From Alphaproteobacteria bacterium (GTDB lineage Bacteria > Pseudomonadota > Alphaproteobacteria > Rs-D84): 51,618 nt of DNA. The notes under the pieces were generated by a model. The model was given only the letters and a program-made list of their open reading frames with translations, had not been told where the DNA came from and ran no database searches. Below, piece by piece: positions 33,665-42,311 of this stretch. Every line of letters starts with the position of its first letter. Within the stretch, counting starts at the first letter, position 1. The DNA is taken from assembly GCA_017392345.1 (NCBI GenBank), contig JAFOVN010000030.1:1-51618 (forward strand). The letters run 5' to 3'. The translations under genes and the position numbers were made by a program.

Positions 33665-34534
33665 TTAAATTGTTCGTTTCGGGCGCAATACGTTCGATTC
33701 AACCGTGCCAATTCCAACGAATTTTCCGCCAGAATAAACACGATATGTTCCGTTTGCGACCACCATATCGATAAACCCGCCATTTTTATATAAACGACAA
33801 GTTTTATCGCCAAGATTCAAAACCGGAATGTCCCCCAGTCCCGAATCCACCGGCATCAGGTATTTACCCATGTCCCCGCCATTATTAAACAAATTTTCCA
33901 AGAAATCAAGTGTCACCGTGTTTTTTATTGTCCAACCACTGGTCCGGGTCCGGCGAATCATGGTGACGGTCGCAACCGTTCCGCACGCGCGGGCGATGTC
34001 GCGCGCAACACTGCGTACATATGTGCCGGGCGCACAACACATGCGAAAATTCCAATCCGCACCGTCGACGGACACCAATTCTAATTCATATATATCAACA
34101 TCACGTGCGGGAATTTCGGGATTTTTACCCGCACGCGCCAATTCGTATGCACGCACACCCGAAATGTGAACCGCACTGTATACGGGTGGAATTTGTTTTA
34201 TGTGACCGATAAATTTATGCAATGTGGCGCGAACGGCGGATTCATCGGGAACAATATCGGTGCGGTTTGTTTCGGCGCCGGTTATATCAAGCGTGTCCGT
34301 TTCAAACCCAAATTGCACAGTGAACAGATATTCCTTGGTTCGCTCACAGAATTCTTCGATAAAAGGAATCATTTTCGTGGCGTTTCCAATTGCCACCGGC
34401 AATACGCCCGACGCCATCGGGTCCAATGTGCCAATATGACCGTTCTTTTTTGTGCCGAAAATTTTTGTGGCGCGGGCGGCAGCGGTCTTTGAAAACATGC
34501 CTGATGGTTTGTCCAAGATTATAAAGCCGTCCAT
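33665..34534 (-). CDS. truB: tRNA pseudouridine-55 synthase TruB
   Basis: [15 protein letters not shown]....[21 protein letters not shown] contains the catalytic Asp motif. The start is set at 34534. Confidence 0.9.
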   Translation of the reverse strand: MDGFIILDKPSGMFSKTAAARATKIFGTKKNGHIGTLDPMASGVLPVAIGNATKMIPFIEEFCERTKEYLFTVQFGFETDTLDITGAETNRTDIVPDESAVRATLHKFIGHIKQIPPVYSAVHISGVRAYELARAGKNPEIPARDVDIYELELVSVDGADWNFRMCCAPGTYVRSVARDIARACGTVATVTMIRRTRTSGWTIKNTVTLDFLENLFNNGGDMGKYLMPVDSGLGDIPVLNLGDKTCRLYKNGGFIDMVVANGTYRVYSGGKFVGIGTVESNVLRPKRTI

Positions 34535-34544
34535 ATTTGACCCT

Positions 34545-37061
34545 TTATTCAAACAATGATAACTGTGGCTTTTCCGGCGAATGTGCAATCGGCGCAGACG
34601 ATTTCGATTTTGTTGGTGCAACATGCGATTGCTGGGGGGTGCCCTGCTCTAAGGCCGACAACACACTTTCCGCGCGCGCAACGACTGATTCCGGCATGCC
34701 CGCCATCTTTGCAACATGGATACCGTACGAACGACTTGCCACGCCGGGAACAATGCGGTGCATAAAAACAATTTCGTTGTTATGTTCGCGGACATCGATG
34801 GTCAAACACAATACATTTTGTAATTCGCCACCGTTTGCCGCAACGCGCGCCGTCAATTCATGATAATGTGTCGCAAACAATGTTCGCGCCCGCAGTGTAT
34901 TCAGATATTCTAATACCGCCTGGGCAATAGCCATACCGTCGTATGTTGCCGTACCGCGGCCGATTTCATCAAAGATTATAAACGAACGGTCTGTGGCCCG
35001 GCGCAAGATATTTGCGGTTTCGCCCATTTCCACCATAAATGTCGATTGCCCCGCGGCCAGGTTATCCGACGCGCCGACGCGACTAAATAACTGGTCACAA
35101 ATACCGATTTTTGCACGCGTCGCCGGCACAAAAGACCCCATGTGTGCCAGCACCACCAGTAAAGCATTTTGACGCAAATACGTGGACTTTCCCGCCATAT
35201 TCGGCCCCGTTAGCAACGCAACCGATTGGTCATTCAAATTGCAATCGTTTTTAACAAAATTGTTTCCGTGTTCACGCAGTGCGCTTTCAATCACTGGGTG
35301 GCGACCACCAACGATTTCAAATTCATTTCCGTTCGTAATTTCCGGACGCGACCATTCCCATTCGGTTGCACAATTCGCCAATGTGCACCATACATCCAAA
35401 TCCGCAAACACATCCGCCGCCGCCAAGATATCATCGGCAACGGCGCGTATTTCCGTAATAAGTTTTTCGATTAAATCTGATTCTATGGCCGCGGCCTTGT
35501 CCGTTGCGGAACGGATATCATTATCCAATTCCACAAGGCGCGATGTCGTGAACCGCACATTACCAACCAAAGTTTGCCGATGTATAAATCCGGATTCCGG
35601 TTGCATCAACGGCGTTGCCTTGGCGGCGGGAACCTCTATGAAATACCCGATAACATTGTTGAATTTTATTTTCAGTGTGTTTATGCCCGTCTGCGTCGCG
35701 TATTCCGCCTGCATTGCGGCAATTGTTTCCTGGGCCCCGTGCGACAGGCGCCGCATATTATCAAGTGCCATATCAAACCCGTCACGAATCACACCGCCGT
35801 CACGGAAAAACGTTGGCAAATCATCAACCAATGCCGACCGCAATTTTATCGCCAATTCATCATGCGCACATATGATTTCTGTACGTGCGGCAAGACCGGC
35901 ACTAAGCCGTGTTCCAATCATTTTAAGGTTCGGAATTTCAATCAAAAAATCACACACATGTCGCATATCACGCGGCGCGCCGCGACCCGCCAACAACCGC
36001 GACAGCGCGCGTCCAACATCCGGCACGCGCGACAATGCGTTCGCGACCATTGTGCGACAATCGGAATTCAAAACCATGTGTTCTATGTGATTCTGGCGAT
36101 TTTTAATTTCGACCGCGTCCGCCGAAAGATTACGCAAATACGCGCGCAATTTTCGCCCACCCGCCGCGGTTTTAGTGTTATCCAACACGTCCAGCAAACA
36201 ACGTCCACCGTCGTTCAGTGCGGAATCAATTTCCAAACTTTTCCATGTTGCGGAATCAACCAATAATTGCGCACCGGCATTAAATTTATACGGCGCACGA
36301 AAGGTCAACGCCGCGCCGCGTTGCGTGTTAAACAAATACGCGGCCAACAACCCAATCGCAACATTTTCGCGTGTGTCTTCGGCGCGCGCACCCGAAAAGA
36401 CCGCACCGATAATTGTGTCTATGTCGCCGCGGCGATAGATTTTATCAAACACCGGCGTTGATTTGAACATATCCCGAATATGCAAAACCGTTTCGTGTTC
36501 CGCATCCGATGCTGGGTAAATTATTTCCGCTGGCGAAATCCGCACCAGGTCATCGATAACATCATCCGTGCGACCAACAAAGAATTCGCCCGTTGAAATA
36601 TCGCACCCCGCAAAGTCAAAACTTTCATGCGCCACACGCACAATCGCGACCAAGAAATTTGCGGACTTTGGCGACAACAAATTTTCATCGGTAAGTGTTC
36701 CCGGCGTTAAAACGCGTGTGATTTTGCGTTCGATAAATTTGTGCCCGCGTTCTTTGGCCTGGGCCGGGGTTTCCATTTGTTCAACCAGCGCAAGTTTATA
36801 CCCCATCCGCACAAGGCGCCCAAAATAACTTTCCGCCGCATGCCATGGAATACCGCACATTGGAATATCCGTACCGTCGCCGTCCGTCCCGCGCGATGTG
36901 AGAACCAAACCCAATTTCGCACTTATTGTTTTTGCGTCTTCGAAAAAAGATTCGTAAAAATCACCAAGCCGGAACATAAGCAACGCATCGGGATTTTCGG
37001 ACTTAAAATCCACATATTGTTGCATTACGGGTGTTAGTTTACTTTTGTCGGTCATCGCCAA
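34545..37061 (-). CDS. mutS: DNA mismatch repair protein MutS
   Basis: TPVMQQY....NPDALLMFRLGDFYE.F..DA, Walker A GPNMAGKST, and DEIGRGT..YDG.AIA. Confidence 0.95.
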   Translation of the reverse strand: MAMTDKSKLTPVMQQYVDFKSENPDALLMFRLGDFYESFFEDAKTISAKLGLVLTSRGTDGDGTDIPMCGIPWHAAESYFGRLVRMGYKLALVEQMETPAQAKERGHKFIERKITRVLTPGTLTDENLLSPKSANFLVAIVRVAHESFDFAGCDISTGEFFVGRTDDVIDDLVRISPAEIIYPASDAEHETVLHIRDMFKSTPVFDKIYRRGDIDTIIGAVFSGARAEDTRENVAIGLLAAYLFNTQRGAALTFRAPYKFNAGAQLLVDSATWKSLEIDSALNDGGRCLLDVLDNTKTAAGGRKLRAYLRNLSADAVEIKNRQNHIEHMVLNSDCRTMVANALSRVPDVGRALSRLLAGRGAPRDMRHVCDFLIEIPNLKMIGTRLSAGLAARTEIICAHDELAIKLRSALVDDLPTFFRDGGVIRDGFDMALDNMRRLSHGAQETIAAMQAEYATQTGINTLKIKFNNVIGYFIEVPAAKATPLMQPESGFIHRQTLVGNVRFTTSRLVELDNDIRSATDKAAAIESDLIEKLITEIRAVADDILAAADVFADLDVWCTLANCATEWEWSRPEITNGNEFEIVGGRHPVIESALREHGNNFVKNDCNLNDQSVALLTGPNMAGKSTYLRQNALLVVLAHMGSFVPATRAKIGICDQLFSRVGASDNLAAGQSTFMVEMGETANILRRATDRSFIIFDEIGRGTATYDGMAIAQAVLEYLNTLRARTLFATHYHELTARVAANGGELQNVLCLTIDVREHNNEIVFMHRIVPGVASRSYGIHVAKMAGMPESVVARAESVLSALEQGTPQQSHVAPTKSKSSAPIAHSPEKPQLSLFE

Positions 37062-37066
37062 ATCCG

Positions 37067-37270
37067 TTATTCGTTCGGGCTTGTAATTTTAAGTGTTTCG
37101 ATTTTTAATTCGGCCTCTTTCAATAACTGTTCACAATAGGCCTTTAACTTTATACCCTGTTCGTATGCGGCGACCGAATCCGCAAGTGGCATTTCGCCCG
37201 ATTCCATTTTTTTGACCAATTCGGTAAGTTGTTTGTACGCATCTTCAAATGTCAATTTATCTTTATCCAT
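37067..37270 (-). CDS. xseB: Exodeoxyribonuclease VII small subunit
   Basis: 67 aa. ..LTFEDAYKQLTELVKKMESGEMPLADSVAAYEQGIKLKAYCEQLL.. is the typical XseB helix pattern. Confidence 0.8.
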   Translation of the reverse strand: MDKDKLTFEDAYKQLTELVKKMESGEMPLADSVAAYEQGIKLKAYCEQLLKEAELKIETLKITSPNE

Positions 37271-37328
37271 CTTAAGAACCCTTTATTCGATACACGAAAG
37301 ATACAAAATAAAAAATCGATATTCCACT

Positions 37329-37356
37329 AAAAAAATCTGCCGTCTGGCAGATTTTT
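37329..37356. terminator. Bidirectional intrinsic terminator (A7, hairpin, T7) with an adjacent CCACTAA unit
   Basis: CCACTAAAAAAATCTGCCGTCTGGCAGATTTTTTT. The stop codon of the 123-aa ORF overlaps the T/A run. Confidence 0.75.
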
Positions 37357-37728
37357 TTACTTCGCAATATTCTTATTGAAATATGTGATAAGAGTTATCA
37401 TTTGTTGCTGGCTTTCATCAAAATCTTTTAATATCTTTTTTCTGCCGTTTTGTTTTATTTGTTCCGCAGTGTTGTTGTTAACAATATAGTAATGGTCGCC
37501 AGATTTAGAAACCAACAAAATATCACCGCGTTGAACCTCTTCGGCCCTTGGCGAATCAAGAATAATTTCTATATCCTGCCATACCGGGCTATGACAGCAG
37601 ACAATTCTTTTATCGCCGCGGTTTGTAACACTACAAACAACCGCTTCTTGTCGTTCTTTTTCTATAAATTCTTTTACCACCAGGCCTCCTGGTGTTTGGT
37701 AATATTTTTCAATATCTTCCTTGGTCAT
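37357..37728 (-). CDS. Hypothetical protein (123 aa), AT-rich ORFan
   Basis: Intact ORF, 11 nt downstream of infC. It has no recognisable motif and has its own terminator. Confidence 0.45.
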   Translation of the reverse strand: MTKEDIEKYYQTPGGLVVKEFIEKERQEAVVCSVTNRGDKRIVCCHSPVWQDIEIILDSPRAEEVQRGDILLVSKSGDHYYIVNNNTAEQIKQNGRKKILKDFDESQQQMITLITYFNKNIAK

Positions 37729-37739
37729 AACTTGCTCCT

Positions 37740-38294
37740 TTACTTCGTTGGTTTTGCCGGGGCGATAACAATTGATTTTGTTCGTTCATCGGGTTTGGAA
37801 CGACTTTCCAATGTTCCACGGTCGCCAATCAATTCCACCACATGTTCAAACAACGCCGGCACAGAATCGCGCCCAATCGCCAATACGCGACGGTTGCCCT
37901 TGGTCATGACGGATATTTTAACCTTGTCGCCGTCGTCCAAGAATTCAAGGACCTTGCGCAATTTGATTTGTAAATCGTTTTCTTCGATGAATGGTTTTAT
38001 CCAAACCTCTTTCATTTCGGTGATTTTTTGTTTTTTCTTGGCCTCGGACGCACGTTTTTTCTGTTCGTATTTGTATTTGCCAAAGTCCATTATTTTTACG
38101 ACCGGCGGCACAGATGCGCCATTTAATTCCACCAAATCCATTCCGGCATCCATTGCCATTTGCAACGCATCCGCGGTTTGCATAACGCCCATATTTTGCC
38201 CATCGGCACCGATAACCTGAACAGATTTTGCGGTTATCCGATTATTTGTGCGTGGCCCCATGTCACGTTTATCACGATTATTTTGCGGTTTAAT
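37740..38294 (-). CDS. infC: Translation initiation factor IF-3, predicted AUU start
   Basis: The IF-3 N- and C-domains are present (..RITAKSVQVIGADGQNMGV... DLVELN....PPVVKIMDFGKYKYE..). In-frame ATT at 38292-38294 is preceded by AAGGAG (38301-38306) at 6-nt spacing. This gives the N-terminus (M)KPQNNRDKRDMGPRTNNRI. Confidence 0.85.
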   Translation of the reverse strand: MKPQNNRDKRDMGPRTNNRITAKSVQVIGADGQNMGVMQTADALQMAMDAGMDLVELNGASVPPVVKIMDFGKYKYEQKKRASEAKKKQKITEMKEVWIKPFIEENDLQIKLRKVLEFLDDGDKVKISVMTKGNRRVLAIGRDSVPALFEHVVELIGDRGTLESRSKPDERTKSIVIAPAKPTK

Positions 38295-38337
38295 TGTATG
38301 CTCCTTTTAAACTGTTATGCGCGAATTATACACGATT

Positions 38338-39078
38338 TTACAGAGTTTTCAACAATTTTTGCACATTTTGTAGCACCGTCCAGACATCTTGTTTCGCGGC
38401 GGTTTTAAGTATCAGATAATTTGGGTGATAAATTGAAAACACACGCGCCCCGCCCGGCCCCGCCGTTTCCGCGCCATGATTCCGCATTAAATCTATGTTT
38501 GCGATTTCCGCCGCCGCAAGTGTTCCAAGTGTTATAATTATTTTTGGTTCGGTAAGTTCAATCAAACGGTCTATGAATGGACGCGCCAAATCCATTTCCA
38601 TGCGCGACGGTGTCCGGCCGCCCGGCGTGCGCCAAAACAAAATCGGTGAAATCGAAACGCTTTCGCGCGACATACCAATCGCGCCAATCATTTTGTCGAA
38701 CAAATCACCCGCCGGCCCCGAAAGGATTTGCCCCGTGGCGTCATCTTCACTGGACGGGATATCGGTAATCACCAAGATACCGTTCGGATTCGGTGCGACA
38801 TGTGGCACAACAACATTTGACACGCCCGCGCGCAGGGGGTGATTGAATTCATCAATCATACGGCAAAGGACGGCGGTTGTGGTCGGTCTTTCCGCCATTG
38901 CGCGCGCCGTTTCAACCGATACCGTGGACACCGGCGATATAGGTGGCACAACATTGTTCGATATCGTGCGCACACGTGGTGCCGCCGGCGCAGATTCCAC
39001 AACAAAACCAACCGTTTCATCGGAAAGTTCCCATTTCACGCCCGCCATCACTAAATCCCGCAAAAAATCATTATTCAT
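38338..39078 (-). CDS. Uracil-DNA glycosylase superfamily protein (family 4-like, with an N-terminal extension)
   Basis: ..ILVITDIPSSEDDATGQILSGPAGDLFDKMIGAIGMSRE......WRTPGGRTP.....C.PF... ...SIYHPNYLI.. parallels the family-4 UDG motifs. The first motif deviates from GEAPG. Confidence 0.6.
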   Translation of the reverse strand: MNNDFLRDLVMAGVKWELSDETVGFVVESAPAAPRVRTISNNVVPPISPVSTVSVETARAMAERPTTTAVLCRMIDEFNHPLRAGVSNVVVPHVAPNPNGILVITDIPSSEDDATGQILSGPAGDLFDKMIGAIGMSRESVSISPILFWRTPGGRTPSRMEMDLARPFIDRLIELTEPKIIITLGTLAAAEIANIDLMRNHGAETAGPGGARVFSIYHPNYLILKTAAKQDVWTVLQNVQKLLKTL

Positions 39079-39144
39079 CGTTGTTGTTCCTTTTGGGTTT
39101 TATTTCATCACACCGCTAAAATTGGACAAGATTAGTCCAGAGTC

Positions 39145-39208
39145 GCGTCACACCGCCGAAGGGCGGTGCCCAGTTTTTGCAAATGCAAAAATTTGCCCCG
39201 CAGGGAAT
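39145..39208 (-). repeat. About 64-bp double-hairpin repeat unit, copy B (inverted relative to 1306-1369)
   Basis: See copy A. Identity is about nine in ten positions by eye. Further hairpins flank it (GTCGCCGTGACACGGTGAC, TCCCGGCCTGCGCCGGGA). Confidence 0.85.
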
Positions 39209-39405
39209 TTGTCGCCGTGACACGGTGACAAACTGTCTGCGACGCAAGTGCTGCACTTCGTTTGCACTGGATCCCGGCCTGCGCCGGGATGACGATTACC
39301 ATGATTTTTTTCATATTTTGTTTATCCTTTTCAATTGTGCTTGATTTTATAATCGTTTTAGTATACACTATACCATGAGCAACATAAACTCAAGGGAGTA
39401 TTTTC

Positions 39406-39822
39406 ATGAAAATAAAAAACTTTGCTTTATTGGCGGGCGCGGCTGGCTTGCTGGCGGCGTGCGGTGGTTCAACCGTTGTTGAACCGGAATCAATCGAAAA
39501 CCAACGCGTTTTCTTTGCGTTTAATTCTTCGGAAATTTCCGATGCGGCGCATGATAACTTGCTTGGTCAGGCGGCATACCTTAAATCACACGATGATGTA
39601 AAGGTTCAAATTGCCGGTAACTGCGACGAACGCGGTACGAGGGAATACAACTTGGCACTGGGTGCACGTCGTGCAAACGCCGCGAAACAAGTTATTGTTA
39701 ACGAAGGCGTTAGTGCGAAACGTATCTCTACCATTTCTTATGGTAAAGAACGCCCGTTGGTCAAGGGAACTGGCGAAAAGGTTTGGAAATTTAACCGTAA
39801 CGCCACAACGACCGTTAAATAA
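39406..39822 (+). CDS. pal: Peptidoglycan-associated lipoprotein Pal
   Basis: Lipobox LLAAC, then ..VFFAFNSSEISDAAHDNLLGQAAYLKSH.DVKVQIAGNCDERGTREYNLALGARRANAAKQ..., which is the OmpA_C/Pal signature. Confidence 0.9.
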   Translation: MKIKNFALLAGAAGLLAACGGSTVVEPESIENQRVFFAFNSSEISDAAHDNLLGQAAYLKSHDDVKVQIAGNCDERGTREYNLALGARRANAAKQVIVNEGVSAKRISTISYGKERPLVKGTGEKVWKFNRNATTTVK

Positions 39823-39823
39823 T

Positions 39824-39850
39824 AAAAACGCCCCAAACGGGGCGTTTTTT
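39824..39850 (+). terminator. pal intrinsic terminator
   Basis: AAAACGCCCCAAACGGGGCGTTTTTT. Confidence 0.85.
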
Positions 39851-39905
39851 AGTGATAGTGTTAGTGGTTAGTGTAAGTGCGCGGGGTATTCGCCCCGCAT
39901 TTTTG
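39850..39905 (+). repeat. TTAGTG tract plus GCGGGG-N6-CCCCGC hairpin module (second copy of the 1381-1447 module)
   Basis: TAGTGATAGTGTTAGTGGTTAGTGTAAGTGCGCGGGGTATTCGCCCCGCATTTTTG. Confidence 0.85.
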
Positions 39906-39921
39906 TGCATTCTTCAAAATC

Positions 39922-39950
39922 TTGCATTTGTCAAAATTATGTGGTATAAT
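39922..39950 (+). promoter_or_regulatory. Near-consensus sigma70 promoter with an extended -10 (TTGCAT, 17-nt spacer, TGgTATAAT)
   Basis: TTGCATTTGTCAAAATTATGTGGTATAAT read directly. It lies about 190 nt upstream of the 40141 ATG. Confidence 0.6.
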
Positions 39951-40140
39951 CATTGTGGTATGGGTGATGGTCACTTGTACTGGGGCATAAGAACCCCATC
40001 TGAACGCGTCCCGCGGGGCGAAAAAAACACTCCACAATCCCGGGTTGGAGTGTGTCGAATGCATAGAATAAGACACGCAATTTCGTTCAGATTGTTCTTA
40101 AGCTCCAACCGTTTAATTTCTAATAAAAAAGGATTGTGAA

Positions 40141-41316
40141 ATGACACTTATTGCACACGGCATACTTGCGTTAAACAAGGTTATTCAACGACAAAAATTG
40201 GAAAACAGAAAAAAACGCGAAGACCTGGCCCGTGAAAAGGTTGGCAAAAGCAAAGAAGAACGTGAAGTATACGGTATTAACGATACTTTCGATGCAGATG
40301 AAAAAATCAAAAATTTAAACAAAAAAATTGCGGAAACAAAGGAACAATTAAGGGCCGACGGTATATCTGCAACCAAGGCAGATAAACTGCGCAAAACGCT
40401 TTTAGAATTACAAGACAAACTGAGAAATGTCAAAGCACATAACAAAGTTTTGGAGAAATACGAAACCATTAAACACAAAAAAGAAAAAACAATTAACAAA
40501 CTTAACGAAGCCGGCAAACGATTGAAAAAATTGCAAAACATCGAATACGAGCTTAACGCATTTGCTGAGACACCACGAACTGCCGTCCGCTACCTCTTTC
40601 ACAAGGATTATATTGATCCAGTAGCCACGCCGACCGCATTAGAAAATACGATATTGGCAGTGCCTTTTGTTGGTATAACTCTTATCGCTACGCTCGTCTC
40701 AGAAACAGCGGAAATGGTTACAAAACCGATTTTCGATAAAATCGCAGATAAACGAAAAGTAAAGGAAGAAAAAGCCGAACGCGAGGCAAGAGAAGAAGCA
40801 CGCGTACAAGAGCGTAAAATAGAAGAACAAAAACAAATAGAAAACAAAGCTGCGCTAATTCGTTCCGAAAAAGAACAAGCCGCAATTGATAATGCCGAAG
40901 AAACCGTTGAGGATGACGAAATTAAGGCAATTGAACAAATAATCGCCGAATCACGAATCGTTGATTTTCATACAACCGACATAACAAAAGATAAAAGTGC
41001 GATTGTAAATGGCCTTACCAACGAAAACGGCAAAGTTATAGAAATTGACGACAATCATATTGTGTTTCTTTATAATTTTGCCAACCAACCCGTGTCCATA
41101 ACGAAAGGAAATTATGAAGCATCTGTGTTCTTTATAGACCCAGAAACTGGTAATTATGAACAGATTGCTAAATTCAAATCCAAGCGCGCTATGGAACGAT
41201 TAAAACGCGCCGTGAATAAAAAATTAGATAAAATGGAAACATACGCTACTCGGCACCAGGACGCACAACAGATGCAACAAATGTTGCAAATGTTGCAATC
41301 CCAGGGTAGAAAGTAA
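40141..41316 (+). CDS. Hypothetical coiled-coil protein (391 aa) with a central hydrophobic segment and a Gln/Met-rich C-terminus
   Basis: Lys/Glu-rich heptad-like stretches flank ILAVPFVGITLIATLV. The C-terminus is ..HQDAQQMQQMLQMLQSQGRK. It is AT-rich, with no recognisable family. Confidence 0.55.
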   Translation: MTLIAHGILALNKVIQRQKLENRKKREDLAREKVGKSKEEREVYGINDTFDADEKIKNLNKKIAETKEQLRADGISATKADKLRKTLLELQDKLRNVKAHNKVLEKYETIKHKKEKTINKLNEAGKRLKKLQNIEYELNAFAETPRTAVRYLFHKDYIDPVATPTALENTILAVPFVGITLIATLVSETAEMVTKPIFDKIADKRKVKEEKAEREAREEARVQERKIEEQKQIENKAALIRSEKEQAAIDNAEETVEDDEIKAIEQIIAESRIVDFHTTDITKDKSAIVNGLTNENGKVIEIDDNHIVFLYNFANQPVSITKGNYEASVFFIDPETGNYEQIAKFKSKRAMERLKRAVNKKLDKMETYATRHQDAQQMQQMLQMLQSQGRK

Positions 41317-41323
41317 TAAAACC

Positions 41324-41354
41324 AAAAAACACCGGCATACGCCGGTGTTTTTTT
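41324..41354. terminator. Bidirectional intrinsic terminator
   Basis: AAAAAACACCGGCATACGCCGGTGTTTTTTT, between convergent genes. Confidence 0.85.
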
Positions 41355-41373
41355 ATGGACTATCAATTCCATA

Positions 41374-41778
41374 TCAGAACTTATAAGAATTGATAGGATT
41401 TCCTTCTTCATCGTATATTACGGCGGTCACATTGTGCATATGCAGTATTTGAAAGTTTGGGTTATCCAATGTATATCCCGCGGATTCTGCCCAATCGTAT
41501 TCAGAAATCGCCGCCTTTTTGGCGTTTATATTGTCACTGTCGTCCACCAGTTCACAATTTATTCTTATCCAATTTTCATTATCATATGCAACTATGCAAA
41601 CATGGTTATTTCTGGCAATTTGTTTGGATACATCCTTTTTCTTGTTGGTTATCACATAGATTTTACCATTATATAAAAATGGATCACCAAACGGCCTTAG
41701 GCTTGGTTTGTCCCCATTGATTGTGGCCAAATAATTCACCTGTGTGTTTTCTTTTAGAAATTTAAAAGTTTCGTTCAT
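41374..41778 (-). CDS. Pyridoxamine 5'-phosphate oxidase-like FMN-binding protein
   Basis: 134 aa. ..NYLATINGDKPSLRPFGDPFLYNGKIYVITNKKKDVSKQI..N..V.I......WIRI.. follows the split-barrel PNPOx-like pattern. Confidence 0.55.
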   Translation of the reverse strand: MNETFKFLKENTQVNYLATINGDKPSLRPFGDPFLYNGKIYVITNKKKDVSKQIARNNHVCIVAYDNENWIRINCELVDDSDNINAKKAAISEYDWAESAGYTLDNPNFQILHMHNVTAVIYDEEGNPINSYKF

Positions 41779-41790
41779 ATTTGCTCCTTT

Positions 41791-42264
41791 TCATATTTTT
41801 TTCATAATTTCTTTTATATCACCGCTAATAATTTTCCAATCATCTATGGTTTCAAACCCTAATCTTTTATACCAAGCGTACGGAAAACCGTTTTCATCTT
41901 CGTATGTATGCGCTTCTAATGTTGTTGCATTATATTTATCCACAGCACACTTAAACAACGCTTTCAGCAATCTTTTAGCAACACCTTTCTTACGGTATTC
42001 CGGTATCACAAAAATTTCACCATCTTCTAAATGATTTCCGTCCCACCAAGGTTTCAAAACCGATGTTATAATTCCAACGGGGCTGTCATCATCATATGCG
42101 ACAAAGAGTAAATCTTTATTTTGATTATAAAAATATTTGAATAATTTTGTTGCAGATTCTTTGGTCCATTTTTCTTGTAGGACCGAATTGCTGTAATAAT
42201 CCGCATAAAAATCTGCAATAGTGTTTATATCTTGTTCTTTTCTTAAATTGCTAATACTTATCAT
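41791..42264 (-). CDS. GNAT-family N-acetyltransferase
   Basis: ..GEIFVIPEYRKKGVAKRLLKALF.. is the acetyl-CoA binding motif A (R/Q-x-x-G-x-A type). 157 aa. Confidence 0.75.
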   Translation of the reverse strand: MISISNLRKEQDINTIADFYADYYSNSVLQEKWTKESATKLFKYFYNQNKDLLFVAYDDDSPVGIITSVLKPWWDGNHLEDGEIFVIPEYRKKGVAKRLLKALFKCAVDKYNATTLEAHTYEDENGFPYAWYKRLGFETIDDWKIISGDIKEIMKKI

Positions 42265-42311
42265 TACAACCTCATTTTAGTTTGTCAACCACGCCGGCTT
42301 TTTTGATATTT

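Noticed and set aside
35182-36090. A 302-aa plus-strand ORF, and similar long ORFs at 32074-32799, 37450-38220, 14225-14914 and 35574-36266.
   Set aside because: All are antisense to well-supported conserved genes (mutS, pnp, infC, bamB-like). Their composition is Ser/Arg/Cys-rich low complexity, typical of shadow ORFs, and they lack SD sequences.
39132-39368. A 78-aa minus-strand ORF and a 125-aa plus-strand ORF (38843-39220) in the udg-pal intergenic region.
   Set aside because: Both are composed of the palindromic repeat unit shared with 1306-1369. Their similarity to ORFs near 1100-1560 reflects the DNA repeat, not a protein family.
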